From NCBI GenBank assembly GCA_036785375.1, contig JAWMAR010000226.1:1860001-1924000 (forward strand): 64,000 nt of DNA. Direction: 5' to 3'. Position numbers and translations under genes: made by a program. Shown one piece after another: positions 27,124 to 39,097 of this stretch (position 1 is the stretch's first letter; each line of letters starts with the position of its first letter). Origin of the DNA: Leucoraja ocellata (Eukaryota). The notes under the pieces were generated by a model. It was not told the DNA's origin. It did not search any database and saw only the letters and a program-made list of their open reading frames with translations.

Positions 27124-27705
27124 AACCATAAAATACAACAGAACACCAATTGCTTTTGCTAAAAAACTAGGTATTTCCAGTAATCAGACAGTAAATGATT
27201 GGCTTATATTTCTGGAGAAAGCAATTTGTTTTCATTTCATGGTTTTCTTGGGTTTTATTTGACCCAGACAACAAGGCAACCTTAGAGAGAAACAATCTAC
27301 ATGAACAAAATAAATTATTTTGCATTAAATCATCAGGTTGAATAACTGAGGGCAGAGACAAATTATAGACTATGAAATCCTTTGCCAACTCCCATAAGAT
27401 TTAACAGCTCTTCTTAATTTGACATTTACTATTTTGATAGTCTTTTCAAGTTTTCAAATCCAATTCATAAATATAAATTGAGATCTGATCGTTGAGCACT
27501 AATCATTCAGGCTATCACAAATCAAGGTTTTGTTAACAAGACAGTGAGAGATTGAATGGTGGTGCCAAGTATTCTATAATAAGTAGTGAATGGGACAGGG
27601 GCATAACAAACAGGTTTCTAATATATATTAAAGTAGTTGGTCTGTCTCATTTTTTTAAGCATGTCTTGACCAGGTTTTTATACTAAAAACATCTAAAAGG
27701 TGGTA

Positions 27706-28000
27706 TGGTGTCGCCATGTTAGATTTGCTGCCTGACAATGCCAGAGACCCAGGTTTGATCCTGACTAAGAATGCTGTCTGGATGGGTGTTTGTACATTCT
27801 CCCCTTGACCACGTGGGTTTTCTCCAGGAGCTCTCGTTTCCTCCCACATTCGAAAGACATACAGGTTTGTAGGTTAATTGGCTTCAGTGAAATTGTAAAT
27901 TGTCTCTAGTTTGTAGGATAGTGCTAGTGTACGGGGATCGCTGGTTGGTGCAGATTCGGTGGGCGGAAGGAAGGGCCTGTATCCACATTGTATCTGTAAA
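27706..28000 (+). mobile_element. HE1-like V-SINE
   Basis: B-box GGTTTGATCC, V-domain TTTCCTCCCACATTCGAAAGAC. Confidence 0.8.
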
Positions 28001-28919
28001 CTCCAAGTGACTTTGCTTCCGCACTATGATACACATTAGCAATATTTAAGAACTTAAGAAGATAAGAATCACAAAGAAGAAAGAAGAAAGATTCTAAGTG
28101 GAGTAGGAGGCAACCGTGGCTGACAAGAGAAGTTAGGGATAGAATAAAACTAAAAGAAAAGATGTATGACACAGCAAAGAGTAGCCGGAACCCAGAGGAT
28201 TGGGAAACTTTCATAGGACAACAGAAGGAACAACAGAATGAAAAGATGAAATAAGAAAGAATGCTGGCCAGGAATATAAAGAAGGACAGTAAAAGCTTCT
28301 TTAGATATGTTAAGGGAAAAAGAGTAGCAAAGTCAAATGTGGGTCCCTTGAAGGCAGACACAGGTGAAATTATTATGGGCAACAAAGAAATGGCAGAAGA
28401 GTTTAATAGGTACTTCAGATCTGTCTTCACTAAGGAAGGCACAAACAATCTCCCAGATGTACTGGGGGACAGAGGATCTAAGGGGGTAGAGGAACTGAAA
28501 TAAATGTTCATTAGGCGAGAAATAGTATTAGGTAGGCTAATGGGACTGAAGGATGATAAATCCCTTGGGCCTGATGGTCTGCATCCCAGGGTCCTCAGGG
28601 AGGTGGCTCTAGAAATAGTGGACGCGTTGATGATCATTTTCCAATGTTCAATAGATTCAGGATCAGTTCCTGTGGATTGGAGGATAGCTAGTGTTATCCC
28701 ACTTTTCAAGAAAGGAGCGAGAGAGAAAACGGGGAATTACACACCAGTTAGCCTGACTTCGGTGGTGGGAAAGATGCTGGAGTCAATTATTAAAGAGGTA
28801 ATAATGGGGCATTTGGATAGCAGTAAAAGGATTAGTCCAAGTCAACATGACAGGGAAATCATGCTTGACTAATCTTCTGAAATTTTTTGAGGATGTGACA
28901 AGTAAAATAAGGGGAGCCA

Positions 28920-29993
28920 GTGCAACAACCTGCCCCTGATCTCCCCTGGACGGCGGTCGCTACTGACATTTTTGAGTGGCGTGGGAAACACTTCCTGGTC
29001 CTCGTCGACTCCTATTCCAACTGGTTTGAGGTCGACCAACTCCACTCCCTTTCCTCCTCGGCTGTCATCGGGAGGCTGCGTCGCCACTTTGCCACGTTTG
29101 GCTCCCCTGCTCGCCTCCAATCTGACAACGGCAGCCAGTTCACCAGTGCCGAGTTCCAGCGTTTCGCTTCTCAGTGGAACTTTAAACATTTTACCAGCAG
29201 TCCTGAGTACCCGCAAAGCAACGGCCTGGCGGAGCGTGCAGTCCGCAGTGCTAAGGGTTTGCTGGAGCACTGTCGGCTGTCCAAGTCGGACTTCCACCTG
29301 GCCCTGCTTAATCTCCGCAACATCTCCCGCGACCCTGCCCTGGGTTCGCCGGCACAACGACTGCTGTCTCGCAGAACTCGCCCCCCCCTCCCTGTTGCCC
29401 AACAAGCCCTAGCTCCCTCTGTTCTCCCGCCCGCCATGGTCCAGGAGCGTATCACCGCCAAGCACGACTCGCAGAAGCGCTCCCACGACCAGTCCTGCCG
29501 CCCCCTGCCGCCTCTGTTTCCCGGCCAGATCGTCCGGATGCAGACTGCCTCTGGCCACTACAAGCTAGCCACGGTGGTCGGCGATACCGGCTCACCACGG
29601 TCTTACCTGGTTGACCACGACGGCGTCATTTACCGCCGTTCCCGCCAGCATCTGCTGCTCGTTAACGAGCCCCCACCTCCGCCTGCTGCTCCCTTCTCCC
29701 CTCCCTTGCCGGAGTCCGCTCCTGCCGCCCCACGGATGCCCCGATCCCTCCCTTCACCGTTGGTTACGCCACCGTCTCCGCCCCCCAGCCCTCGTTCCCC
29801 CTCTACCCCGCCGGCGGTTAGGTCTCCGCCCGCTCCTGTGTCTTCTCCTGCCGGATCTCCACCTGTTTCCCCGGTTCGCTCGCCTGCCCTGGCCCCGGCC
29901 GCTCTTGTTCCTGCAGGGGGAGGAGGTGGCGAGCATCGCACCCGGTCTGGCAGGCTGGTCAAGCCGCCGGTTCGATACGGGGATTTCGTTTAG
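28920..29993 (+). CDS. Gypsy integrase, 5'-truncated but uninterrupted (357 aa)
   Basis: D,D(35)E motifs ATDIF, SDNGSQF, PQSNGLAER; SH3-like C-terminal domain, Pro-rich linker, RTRSGRLVKPP tail; lacks the HHCC zinc finger. Confidence 0.85.
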   Translation: MQQPAPDLPWTAVATDIFEWRGKHFLVLVDSYSNWFEVDQLHSLSSSAVIGRLRRHFATFGSPARLQSDNGSQFTSAEFQRFASQWNFKHFTSSPEYPQSNGLAERAVRSAKGLLEHCRLSKSDFHLALLNLRNISRDPALGSPAQRLLSRRTRPPLPVAQQALAPSVLPPAMVQERITAKHDSQKRSHDQSCRPLPPLFPGQIVRMQTASGHYKLATVVGDTGSPRSYLVDHDGVIYRRSRQHLLLVNEPPPPPAAPFSPPLPESAPAAPRMPRSLPSPLVTPPSPPPSPRSPSTPPAVRSPPAPVSSPAGSPPVSPVRSPALAPAALVPAGGGGGEHRTRSGRLVKPPVRYGDFV

Positions 29994-30282
29994 CTCTGTA
30001 ATCATTGTATGCCTGCTTGTAGCGCATGAGACGTGGTCACCCTGTCACTGTTTTATCGCTTTGTTCCGAGAGGAAGGATGTAGATGGCTAGTGCATGTGC
30101 CTTTAACATAGTGACCTTACCACCCTTAACCACTCCCCTTATCAGGGGTATAACTGCATGTTCCCTCCCTGGTGTCTCTCTCTCTAGCTCTGGTGACAGA
30201 CCACGTACAGCTAGTATAGCAATTATGTGAACAGTTAATAAAAGCTACAGTTAAGACAATGTGTTGTTGAGACTTCTTTACA
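28921..30282 (+). mobile_element. Gypsy (Mag-like) LTR retrotransposon 3' part: integrase, PPT and one LTR
   Basis: PPT GAGAGGAAGGA (30068-30078), LTR TGTAGA...TTTACA (30079-30282) with AATAAA, flanking duplication GCCAG(TG). Confidence 0.9.
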
Positions 30283-31051
30283 GCCAGTGGATGTAGTGTA
30301 TCTAGACTTTCAGAAAGCCTTTGATAAGGTCCCGCACGGGAGACTGGTGACTGAAATTAGAGCACATGGTATTGGGGGTAGTGTGTTGACATGGATAGAA
30401 AATTGGTTGGCAGACCGGAAGCAAAGAGTAGGAGTGAACGGGTCCTTTTCAGAATGGCAGGCAGTGGCGAGTGGAGTGCCGCAAGGCTCGGTGTTGGGGC
30501 CGCGACTGTTTACCATATATATTAATGATTTGAAAGAGGGAATTGGGAGCAACACTAGCAAGTTTGCGGATGACACAAAGCTGGACGGCAGTGTGAACTG
30601 TGGAGAGGATGTTAGGAGGTTGTAGGGTGACCTGGACAGGTTGAGTGAGTGGGCAGATGCGTGGCAGGTGCAGTATAATATAGATAAATGTGAGGTTATC
30701 CACTTTGGCGGCAAAAACAAGGGGGCAGATTATTATCTCAATGGGGTGAGGTTAGGTAAGGGGGAGGTGCAGCGAGACCTGGGCGTCCTTGTACACCGGT
30801 CACTGAAAGCTGGCTTACAGGTACAGCAGGCAGTGAAGAATGCTAATGGAATGTTGGCCTTCATAATAAGAGGAATTCAGTATAGGAGTAAAGAGGTTCT
30901 TCTGTGGTTGTATAGGGCTCTGGTGAGACCACATCTGGAGTATTGTGTACAGTTTTGGTCTCCTAATTTGAGGAAGGACATCCTTGTGATTGAGGCAGTG
31001 CAGCGTAGGTTCACGAGATTGATCCCTGGGATGGCGGGACTGTCATATGAG

Positions 31052-32302
31052 TCAAGTCAAGTCACATTTATTTATATAGCACATTTAAAAAACAACTCCT
31101 GTTGGCCAAAGTGCTTTACATTTGCCATAAGAATAGCACAACAAAACAATCTACATACATATATACATGTAGCCCTCACTCAGAGGACGTCAGGAAAGGT
31201 TTGGGAGTATAGATAAGTCTTTAGTCTTGACTTAAAAGAGTCGATGGAGGGGGCAGTTCTGATGGGAAAGGGGATTCTGTTCCACAGACTAGGGGCTGCA
31301 ACCGCAAAGGCGCGCTCGCCCCTGAACTTATGCCTAGACCGTGGGATATTCAGCAACCCCAAGTCGGCCGATCTGAGGGGCCTGGAGGTGGAGTGGTGGG
31401 TGAGAAGACTTTATGTAGGTGGGGGCAAGCCCATTGAGGGCTTTGTAGACATGGAGGAGAATCTTGAAGTTTATACGGAACCGCACAGGGAGCCAGTGGA
31501 GAGAGGCCAGGATCGGGGTGATGTGGTCCCTTTTTCGGGTGCCCGTCAGCAGTCTCGCTGCGGCATTTTGGACCAGTTGCGAGTGGGACAGGGAAGATTG
31601 GCTGATGCCAGTGTAAAGGGAGTTGCAGTAATCTAGGCGGGAGGATGATCTTTTCCAGGTCATCAAACTGGAGGATTTTTTTTATTTTAGCTATCGTCCG
31701 GAGCTGAAAGAAGCTAGCTTTTACCACGGCATTGACTTGTTTGTCAAATTCCAGTGCTGAGTCAAATATCACGCCAAGGTTTTTAACGTGAGGTTTGAGT
31801 AGTGGGGTAAAGCTTCCAAGGCTGCCTGCTCTCATTTTGATTGAGTCCGAGAGGCCGAGAAGGATGACCTCAGGCTTACTCTCGTTTAGTTGGCGGAAGT
31901 TCTGGGCCATCCAACACTTTATATCCTCGAGGCAGTGGGTAAGGTTAAACAGATTTGATTGGTTTTTTGGCTTCAGGGGGAGATAGAGTTGGGTATCGTC
32001 TGCGTAGCAATGGAAGGAAATGCCGTGCCTTTCAATGACTTGGCCTAAGGGGAGCATATACAGGGAGAAGAGAATGGGGCCAAGGATGGAACCTTTTGGA
32101 ACCCCACAGCAGAGATTAGCTGGGGAGGAGAATGAGTTGCCTATGTTAGTCGAGAAACTCCTACCTTTGAGGTAGGAGATGAACCAGCTCAGGGCAATGC
32201 CATCAATACCAACCCCATACCGGAGACGGTCAATTAGGATGGTGTAGTCGACAGTATCAAATGCTGCACTGAGGTCAAGAAGGAGCAGAATTGCAGTCGC
32301 CG
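31052..32302 (-). mobile_element. L2-clade LINE (RT to 3' end) nested in CR1
   Basis: LLLLDLSAAFDTVD, YADDTQLY, RLDYCNSL, QNAAARLL, HITPILASLHWLP; possible GAG TSD. Confidence 0.9.
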
Positions 32303-33946
32303 GAGGAAAGATTAAAAAGACTAGGCTTGTATTCACTGGAGTTTAGAAGGATGAGGGGGATCTTATAGAAAAATATACAATTATGAAAGGACTGGACAAG
32401 CTAGATGCAGGAACAATGTTCCCAACGTTGGGCGAGTCCAGAACCAGGGGCCACAGTCTTAGAATAAAGGGGAGGTCATTTAGAACTGAGGTGAGAAAAA
32501 ACTTTTTCACCCAGAGAGTTGTGAATTTATGGAATTCCTTGCCACAGAGGGCAGTGGTGGGCAAGTCACTGGATGGATTTAAGAGAGAGTTAGATAGAGC
32601 TCTAGGGGCTAGTGGAGTCAAGGGATATGGGGAGAAGGCATACATGGGTTATTGATAGGGGACGATCAGCCATGATCACAATGAATGGTGGTGCTGGCTC
32701 GAAGGGCCGATTTTCTATGTTTCTATGTTTCCATGTAAAAGAAAGCAAGTATAGGTGTAGGCCATTCAGCCCTTCAAGCCTGCTCCACCATTTAATACAA
32801 TCATAGTTGCTCTCTCCAGGCCTATCTCCTGTGCATTTTCCCCATCGTCCTCAATTCCCTGATATTTCAAAATTACATCTACCTCCTCATCAACTATTAT
32901 TAATGATCTCGCCTGCAGAGAACCCCCCACAGTTGAAATCAGATTTGGTCTGATGATCACGTATTTAAAATTCACATCCATCCATCCAATTTTCATGGGT
33001 CAATTTTCATCTTGGGTGTGAAGTGAAAAATAATAATGCGTTAGAAAATTTGCATCATTTCATTTTCAATTTCAATCCTTTTTGGGAAAAAATATTCCAA
33101 ACAGGGTCTTTGCAGGTGTAGTTTTGTTCTGTGATCTGAAGAATGTACAATGCTTCAAATAAGCTAAAAAAAAAAGCACAGTTCTAGAGCTGCTTACATT
33201 CATTTGTATCAACTAAGATGCACTTTCCCCGCCTCTGAAAATCAATTCCATTTTGACATGTCTCCCACTAGAATATTAAACACAAGTTTAAATATTTAAG
33301 GGGATGCCACTCTCATTTATTCTCATCATAAATGTTATAATTTATAGGAAGCCCTTACTGATTTTGCATTGGAGAAGGTGTGATGAATTACATTTGAGAA
33401 GTGATCTCTGAAAGTTCCCATTACTTTGTGCTAAGCAACATTATGAAAACACTTCATTTCTTAGTGCAAATAAGGAAATTAGTCATTTTTTTCCTGTGGC
33501 ATTGGTTCAGAGAGGTATTCATCGGAATTCAGCCTGGCCAAGTAGATTTGTCATAATAGGTATAAATCCTTTTGAAGAAGTATAATCTGCCTTAGTACAG
33601 CCTTTAAAAACAGCTTTGGTTAAATACAGGTAGGGAAAGAACAGTGTTTGCATCAATAATTTGATTTTCAGAAACATTGTTGTCAGCGGTTCAATAAGGT
33701 ATCTCTGGGATAACATGGCAACAAAGAGCCGTGATCTGAGTTGCGGTACGATCAATTTGTCTGTGCAGCAGAAAAGGAGAATGGCGGCAAGATCAAAACA
33801 CGTTTAAACTCATTCAAATTGCATCAACAGCAGAATACCAACTGTTAATTTGTTTTTTTTTGTGAAATATTCCATCATATTTTCTGAATGATAACAGCTG
33901 TTCACTCACAAAAGAACCAACTTCACTAAAGCTGAAGGTTCATAAA

Positions 33947-34782
33947 CAATGCAATACAATACAATACAATACCGTTTATTTGTCATTTGAACCTCACATG
34001 AAGTTCAAACGAAATTTGGTTTCTGCAGTCATACAAGAAAAAAACCAAGACACACCAACACAATTTACACAAATATCCATCACAGTGAATCTCCTCCTCA
34101 TTGTGATGGAAGGCAAAGTCTTGTCTCTCCCCTGCTCTCCGTTCCTCTCCCGAAGTAAAAGTGAAGGCCCCGGCGGGCGCTAGTAAGTCCCACGGCCACT
34201 TAAAGCCGCGCCGAGCGGTGTAAGGCCCTGCTCCGGGTCCCGATGTCGGAGCCCCCGGCGGGCGCTAGCAGGTCCGCGGCCATATTAAAGCCGCGCCGGG
34301 CGATGTAAGGCCCCGCTCCAGGTCACGCTCAACCCCGCAATTCGAGCGGGAGAAGTCACCGTTGCCGGTGCCCCGCAAAGCGGTCTCCCACCGGGGCCCC
34401 GCGAGCTCCCGGTGTCACCATCCACCGGAGTCGGGTCGCAGCAGCGCGCCACCGCAGCTCTCCACGCTCCAAAGCCGGCCAGCTGGTAGGTCCGCAGCTC
34501 CGCAGCTCAGCAGGCTCCGTGACTTGAGCTGTCGTTCCGGTTGGAGGCCGTTCCACTGTGCTAGGCTCCAACGGCAACGGAGACCCGACAGGGAAAAGGT
34601 CGGGTCCCTGAGATCTAAAAGTTTCCCGCAACCCCACCAACCCCTCCCCCGCCCCGCCCCAGCCCCCCACACATACACAGTCAAAAAAACACCACAAACT
34701 ATATACTCAACAGGACAATAAAATAAAAAAAGACAGACGGACTGCAAAGGCCGCTGCGACGTCGGTCGCGCCGCCAACCCTT
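33947..34782 (-). mobile_element. GC-rich non-autonomous LINE-derived element with Rex1-like (ATTGT)n tail
   Basis: Tail at 33947-33971, CpG-rich body with two ~85-bp tandem units (34165-34322), TSD-like GTTCATAAA/GTTAATAAA. Confidence 0.55.
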
Positions 34783-35012
34783 GTTAATAAAATAAACAAC
34801 TTTATTCAAAGGGCCAAACACACTAACTCTGCATTCATATCAGATTACTGCTCACTGCACCCTCAGCCTACTCTGCACATTACTTGCACGGAATACTGAT
34901 CCTTCCTTGGACATATAATCACTTTGCTGTGATCAAAGTTGAATGACAATAGTTGATTCTTCAGCTGTCCGCTTCATGGACATCCTGCAGGAACCATATC
35001 ACAGGAGGCTTT

Positions 35013-36255
35013 CAGTGCATTTCAGAAAGTATTCAGACCCCTTCACTTTTTCCACATTTTGTTACGTAACAGCCTTATTTTTAAATGGATTCAATTCATT
35101 TTTTTAAATCATCAATCTACACACAATACCCCAGAATGAAGAAGCGAAAACAGGTATTTAGACATTTCTGTAGTGATTAAAAAGAAATAACTGAAATATC
35201 ACATTTACATAAGCATTCAGACCCTTTGCTATGCCACTTAAAATTGAGCTTAGGTGCATCCTGTTTTCACATCCTGTGTGAAAGGCACACACCTGTCTAT
35301 ATAAGGTCCCACAGTTGTCAGTGCATGTCAGAGCAAAAACCAATCCATGAAGACGGAATTGTCCTTAGACCTTCGAGACAGGATTGTGTCGAGGCACAGA
35401 TATGGGGAAGGGTATAAAACAATTTCAGCTGCATTGCAGGTCCTGAAGAGCACAGTGGCCTATGTCATTCTTAAATGGAAGAACCACCAGAACTCTTCAT
35501 AGAGCTGGCTGCCTGGCCAAACTGAGCAATCGGGGGAGAAGGGCCTTGGTCAGGGAGGTGACCAAGAACCCAATGGCCACTCTGACAGAACTCCAGAGTT
35601 CCTTTGTGGAGATGGGAGATCCTTCTAGAAGGACAACTATATCTCCAACACTCCACCAAACGAGCCTTTATGGTAGAGTTGCCAGACGGAAGCCACTCCT
35701 CAGTAAAAGGCACATGACAGCCCGCTTGGAATTTGCCAAAAGGACCATGAGAAACAAGATTCTCTGGTCTGATGAAACCAAGATTGAACTCTTTGGCCTG
35801 AATGCCAAGTGTCACGTATGGAGGACACCAGGCACTGCTCATCACCTGGCCAATTCCATACTCACGGTGAAGCATGGTGGTGGCAACATCATGCTGTGGG
35901 AATGTTTTTCAGAAGCAGGAACTGGGAGACTAGTTAGGATCGAGGGAAAGATGAATGAAACAAAGTACAGAGAGATCCTTAATGAAAACCTGCTCCAAAG
36001 CATTCTGGACCTCAGACTGGGGCGGAGTTTCACCTTCCAACAGGCTGAATACTTATGTAAATATACTATTTCAGTTATTTATTTTTAATAACTTTGCAAA
36101 AATTTCTAAACACCTGTTTTTGCTTTTTTATTATGGGGTATTGTGTGTAAATTGATGATTTAAAAAAAAATGAATTTAATCCATTTTAGAATAAGACTGT
36201 AATGTAACAAAATGTGGTAAAAGTGAAGAGGTCTGAATACTTTCTGAATGCACTG
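35013..36255 (+). mobile_element. Tc1-like transposon, internally deleted
   Basis: Long (~200 bp) imperfect IRs CAGTGCATTTCAGAAAGTATTCAGACC / GGTCTGAATACTTTCTGAATGCACTG-TA; transposase motifs [24 protein letters not shown]; breaks at FTFQQ so the second D and E are lost. Confidence 0.9.
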
Positions 36256-37248
36256 TATGTGGTCCCAGTGGTCAAGACCTTATTCACACAGCCTTCAGGG
36301 GAAGTCGCCCTTCCATCCGTCCCCACTCACAAACCTAGGAAACTTCAAGCACTGGCTCCCATACGTGGCAGTAAATCCAGGTCCTTATCACTTTCAGTTT
36401 CCGAGCTTCAGTATTAGTAGACCCACACCTGGTTGTTTATTGTAAAATACCACAGTTTAATAATGACTGCTGATTAAGGATGTCGTTGTTGCTCTCTGCA
36501 CCAGACCCGCCATAGTCATACAGTATAGAATCAGGCCCTTCGGCCCATCAGGTCTTCTTCTACTTTTCCTTTAGCTTCAGGAACAGGCACACTGATCACA
36601 TACATTTGTTGCCATTGAAGGCTTTCCCATAGTCAATGACTGCATTCGTATCTTCACAGGAGCCTACCTGGAAACACCCTGCTTCAATGTAACCCTGGAG
36701 GTCTCACTGCTTCTTTGAATGGAGAACCTGGCTCCTCTGCATGATGTCATCTATTAGCCTCTCCAGGTCCTTTCACATAAACTCAGTGGGCTCGCCCGCT
36801 GTCCTCGGGAATTACTGGTGCAGTTTCTTAAAGAACACGTCGTAATTTTTTCTAAGTTATGGAGGAATAATTCAATAGCCGAAACAAATTCTTAAATCAA
36901 CAGCTGAATAAACCTTTTCCAAATTGCAAATGATGGATCATGTGATGACTTCACTAGAATCTGAGTTCATCCTCACCTGAAAAATGGGCAGAAATCAGTC
37001 AGCACTTCCAGCTCTGGTGAAATTCAGATCACTACTGTGCTGGCAATAGAGGAGGAAGAGAATGGATGGTTCCCATCATTAAACTACTCTTGCTGTAATG
37101 GATATGACACGTGTTGCTGTTTTCTGAGCATTCAAGATGGGAAAGGTATTGACATCCTACTGAATAATGGTGACAATAGTTGAGACTGGTTTCATTTTAA
37201 TCTGATGATGCAAAATATGTTATTTAGGCCCTGATATCGGCCGTGTCT

Positions 37249-38178
37249 TGCCTCCATGACTTCACCCAGGCTGAAGCAAAAGTAGAACTTCAGATATTAG
37301 GCTTACTTGACAAATATCTGACTGGGCCTTGGATGAAGCACTTCTACACTTCAAGCCAGAATTAGATCAACCATGTTGATGGAATCAAAGTGGTTAAAGG
37401 GGTAATTGCTGCTCTAAAGGAAGCCACAGAAAATCCAGAGAACTTGATATTCGCAAAGGAAGATTTCTTCGGTGAGGAGGTGCATCTTGATGCCATGGTG
37501 ACAAAACTTTGGGAGCTACCAGTACATCCACAGTTCAGTTCAAAGATGAGGAGCTGTCTTCAAGCTGTTATCACTGTGTTGGAAAGGCAGTATACTAAAT
37601 AATTTGAACTTGATGTAACTGAGAAACTGAAGGAGGAGACTGTGTCAGCAAGATCACACGACATTGATGCGGAGGAGATAATGGGGATGTTTAGATCATT
37701 GAAACAGAAATCTCCCAATGCCACCATGTGTTATTTGTCATGTAGGATGCGGCCGTGCAAGAATAGAACAGTCAATTAACTTTATAATCTCGAGGAGCAT
37801 CATAGGGAGGAGGTGCCCTGTAAGGCAATGAAATTGGGAAGAATGCAGAGGAACAGACGGAAGAAAAAACAGAAGGAATTGAAAGAGACTGTTTTAGACA
37901 GCATTTGCACAGATTATCTGAATTTGGACTATTCCAAATGTGATGATCTACAGGGCATTATTAATGGGAAAGTAGTGGGCAGCAATGCATGTCATGCGTG
38001 GTTTTGGCATTGTAAACTTGTAGTTTACAATGCCAAAATTGAAAAGTAACGGAAAAACAAGGTGTACAGAGTTGCTTATTGGTTGCAATCTGAGGAGTAT
38101 GATAACGCTACTGATTATGATATGCCAATGTACCAGCTAGCAGCTGATCTTCTCCATGAAGACTTGGTCTTTTGCTAG
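37249..38178 (+). pseudogene. Decayed DNA-transposase-like ORF C-terminus with Spindlin-like Tudor domain
   Basis: One frame of ~310 codons with 4 internal stops (37363, 37600, 37777, 38047) and no frameshift: LGLLDKYLTGPW, SHDIDAEEIMGMF..KSPNAT, VVG..CHAW..Y...YRVAY..MYQLAADLLHEDL. Confidence 0.65.
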
Positions 38179-38698
38179 AAATTGTAATTTTTTTTTTACC
38201 TGTCTGTTATGGATTTGCAGCAAATAATACAATAATATTAAAGTCTGATCTTGAGAACCTGTCACATTTTTGAATTTTCAAGGCAGTCTGGCTGTTTATT
38301 ATTATTTCCGTCACAACGGTCAATTTTGTAATTAGCTACAATTAGGTAACTAACTAATTATAAGCTTTAATTTCAGGTCATCCAAGTAAGATGTTTCATA
38401 TTAGTTTCAGAATGCTTCAATCTATAATAACTGAACATTTCATTTAGTTCTCTTAATTTTTAAGAAAGTTATGGGCTTTTATGTCAATTGACTGTCCTCG
38501 ATCACAGCTTTTGTGTTCAGTCAATGGAAAAGCAATAGGGAACAAGAAGCTAATTTCTGAGTATGAAAATGACCATAACTTTTTCAATATTGAAGATATG
38601 AAAGTGAATTAGGTATCAAATTAAAATTATTTTTATGTTTTATCTGATGAGATAAATTACAGGCTTGATTTTTAAAATCTCAAAATTTTGTAACATTC
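38179..38698 (+). mobile_element. Probable 3' terminal region of the element carrying the 37249-38178 ORF
   Basis: AT-rich block directly after the stop with an inverted motif pair AAAGTTATGG/CCATAACTTT; terminus position approximate. Confidence 0.45.
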
Positions 38699-39097
38699 AT
38701 ACATGGTATCCACATTGAGATATGTATATAGTAAGCTTAAGCCATTGAGGAAGTTCAGTGAGTTTTCTGAGGGAATTATAGGATGGAAATTGCAGGTAGC
38801 TTGTTCAACAGCACCATGATGATTGGAGAAATGTATGTATCAAATCGCATTTATGAATTCCCAAGGCTCCAAAATAAGATTACTGTTTATGGCCCAACTG
38901 TTCAAGCTGTCGTGATCTAAGATAGTGAAACTAAGACTGTGAAATGCACCATCTTGTCTGGATCTTGATAGTTACTTGGCTCTCAGCCAATGATTTGACC
39001 TTAATGTTATCTTTGCAAAATGAAATGTTCGTGACTTCTGTCAGTTGGTTGGCGAAGAGGAGAGATACGCGTTCACCTGTGCACTTTTAGAGAAGTT

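Larger units (their letters stand above)
28075..32735 (+). mobile_element. CR1/HER1-like LINE ORF2 hosting Gypsy and L2 insertions
   Basis: Collinear ORF2 pieces [57 protein letters not shown] and 3' tail. Confidence 0.9.

Noticed and set aside
27924-28709. 261-aa minus-strand ORF
   Set aside because: Antisense to CR1 ORF2; no independent signature
29171-30111. Alternative-frame and antisense ORFs
   Set aside because: Shadows of the GC-rich integrase ORF
34356-34777. Three ORFs of ~115 aa
   Set aside because: GC-rich repeat interior with low-complexity translations
36560-37240. Possible 5' continuation of the Tudor-fused ORF
   Set aside because: Frame closes upstream of ~37228 and no transposase motifs or matching terminus could be recognised
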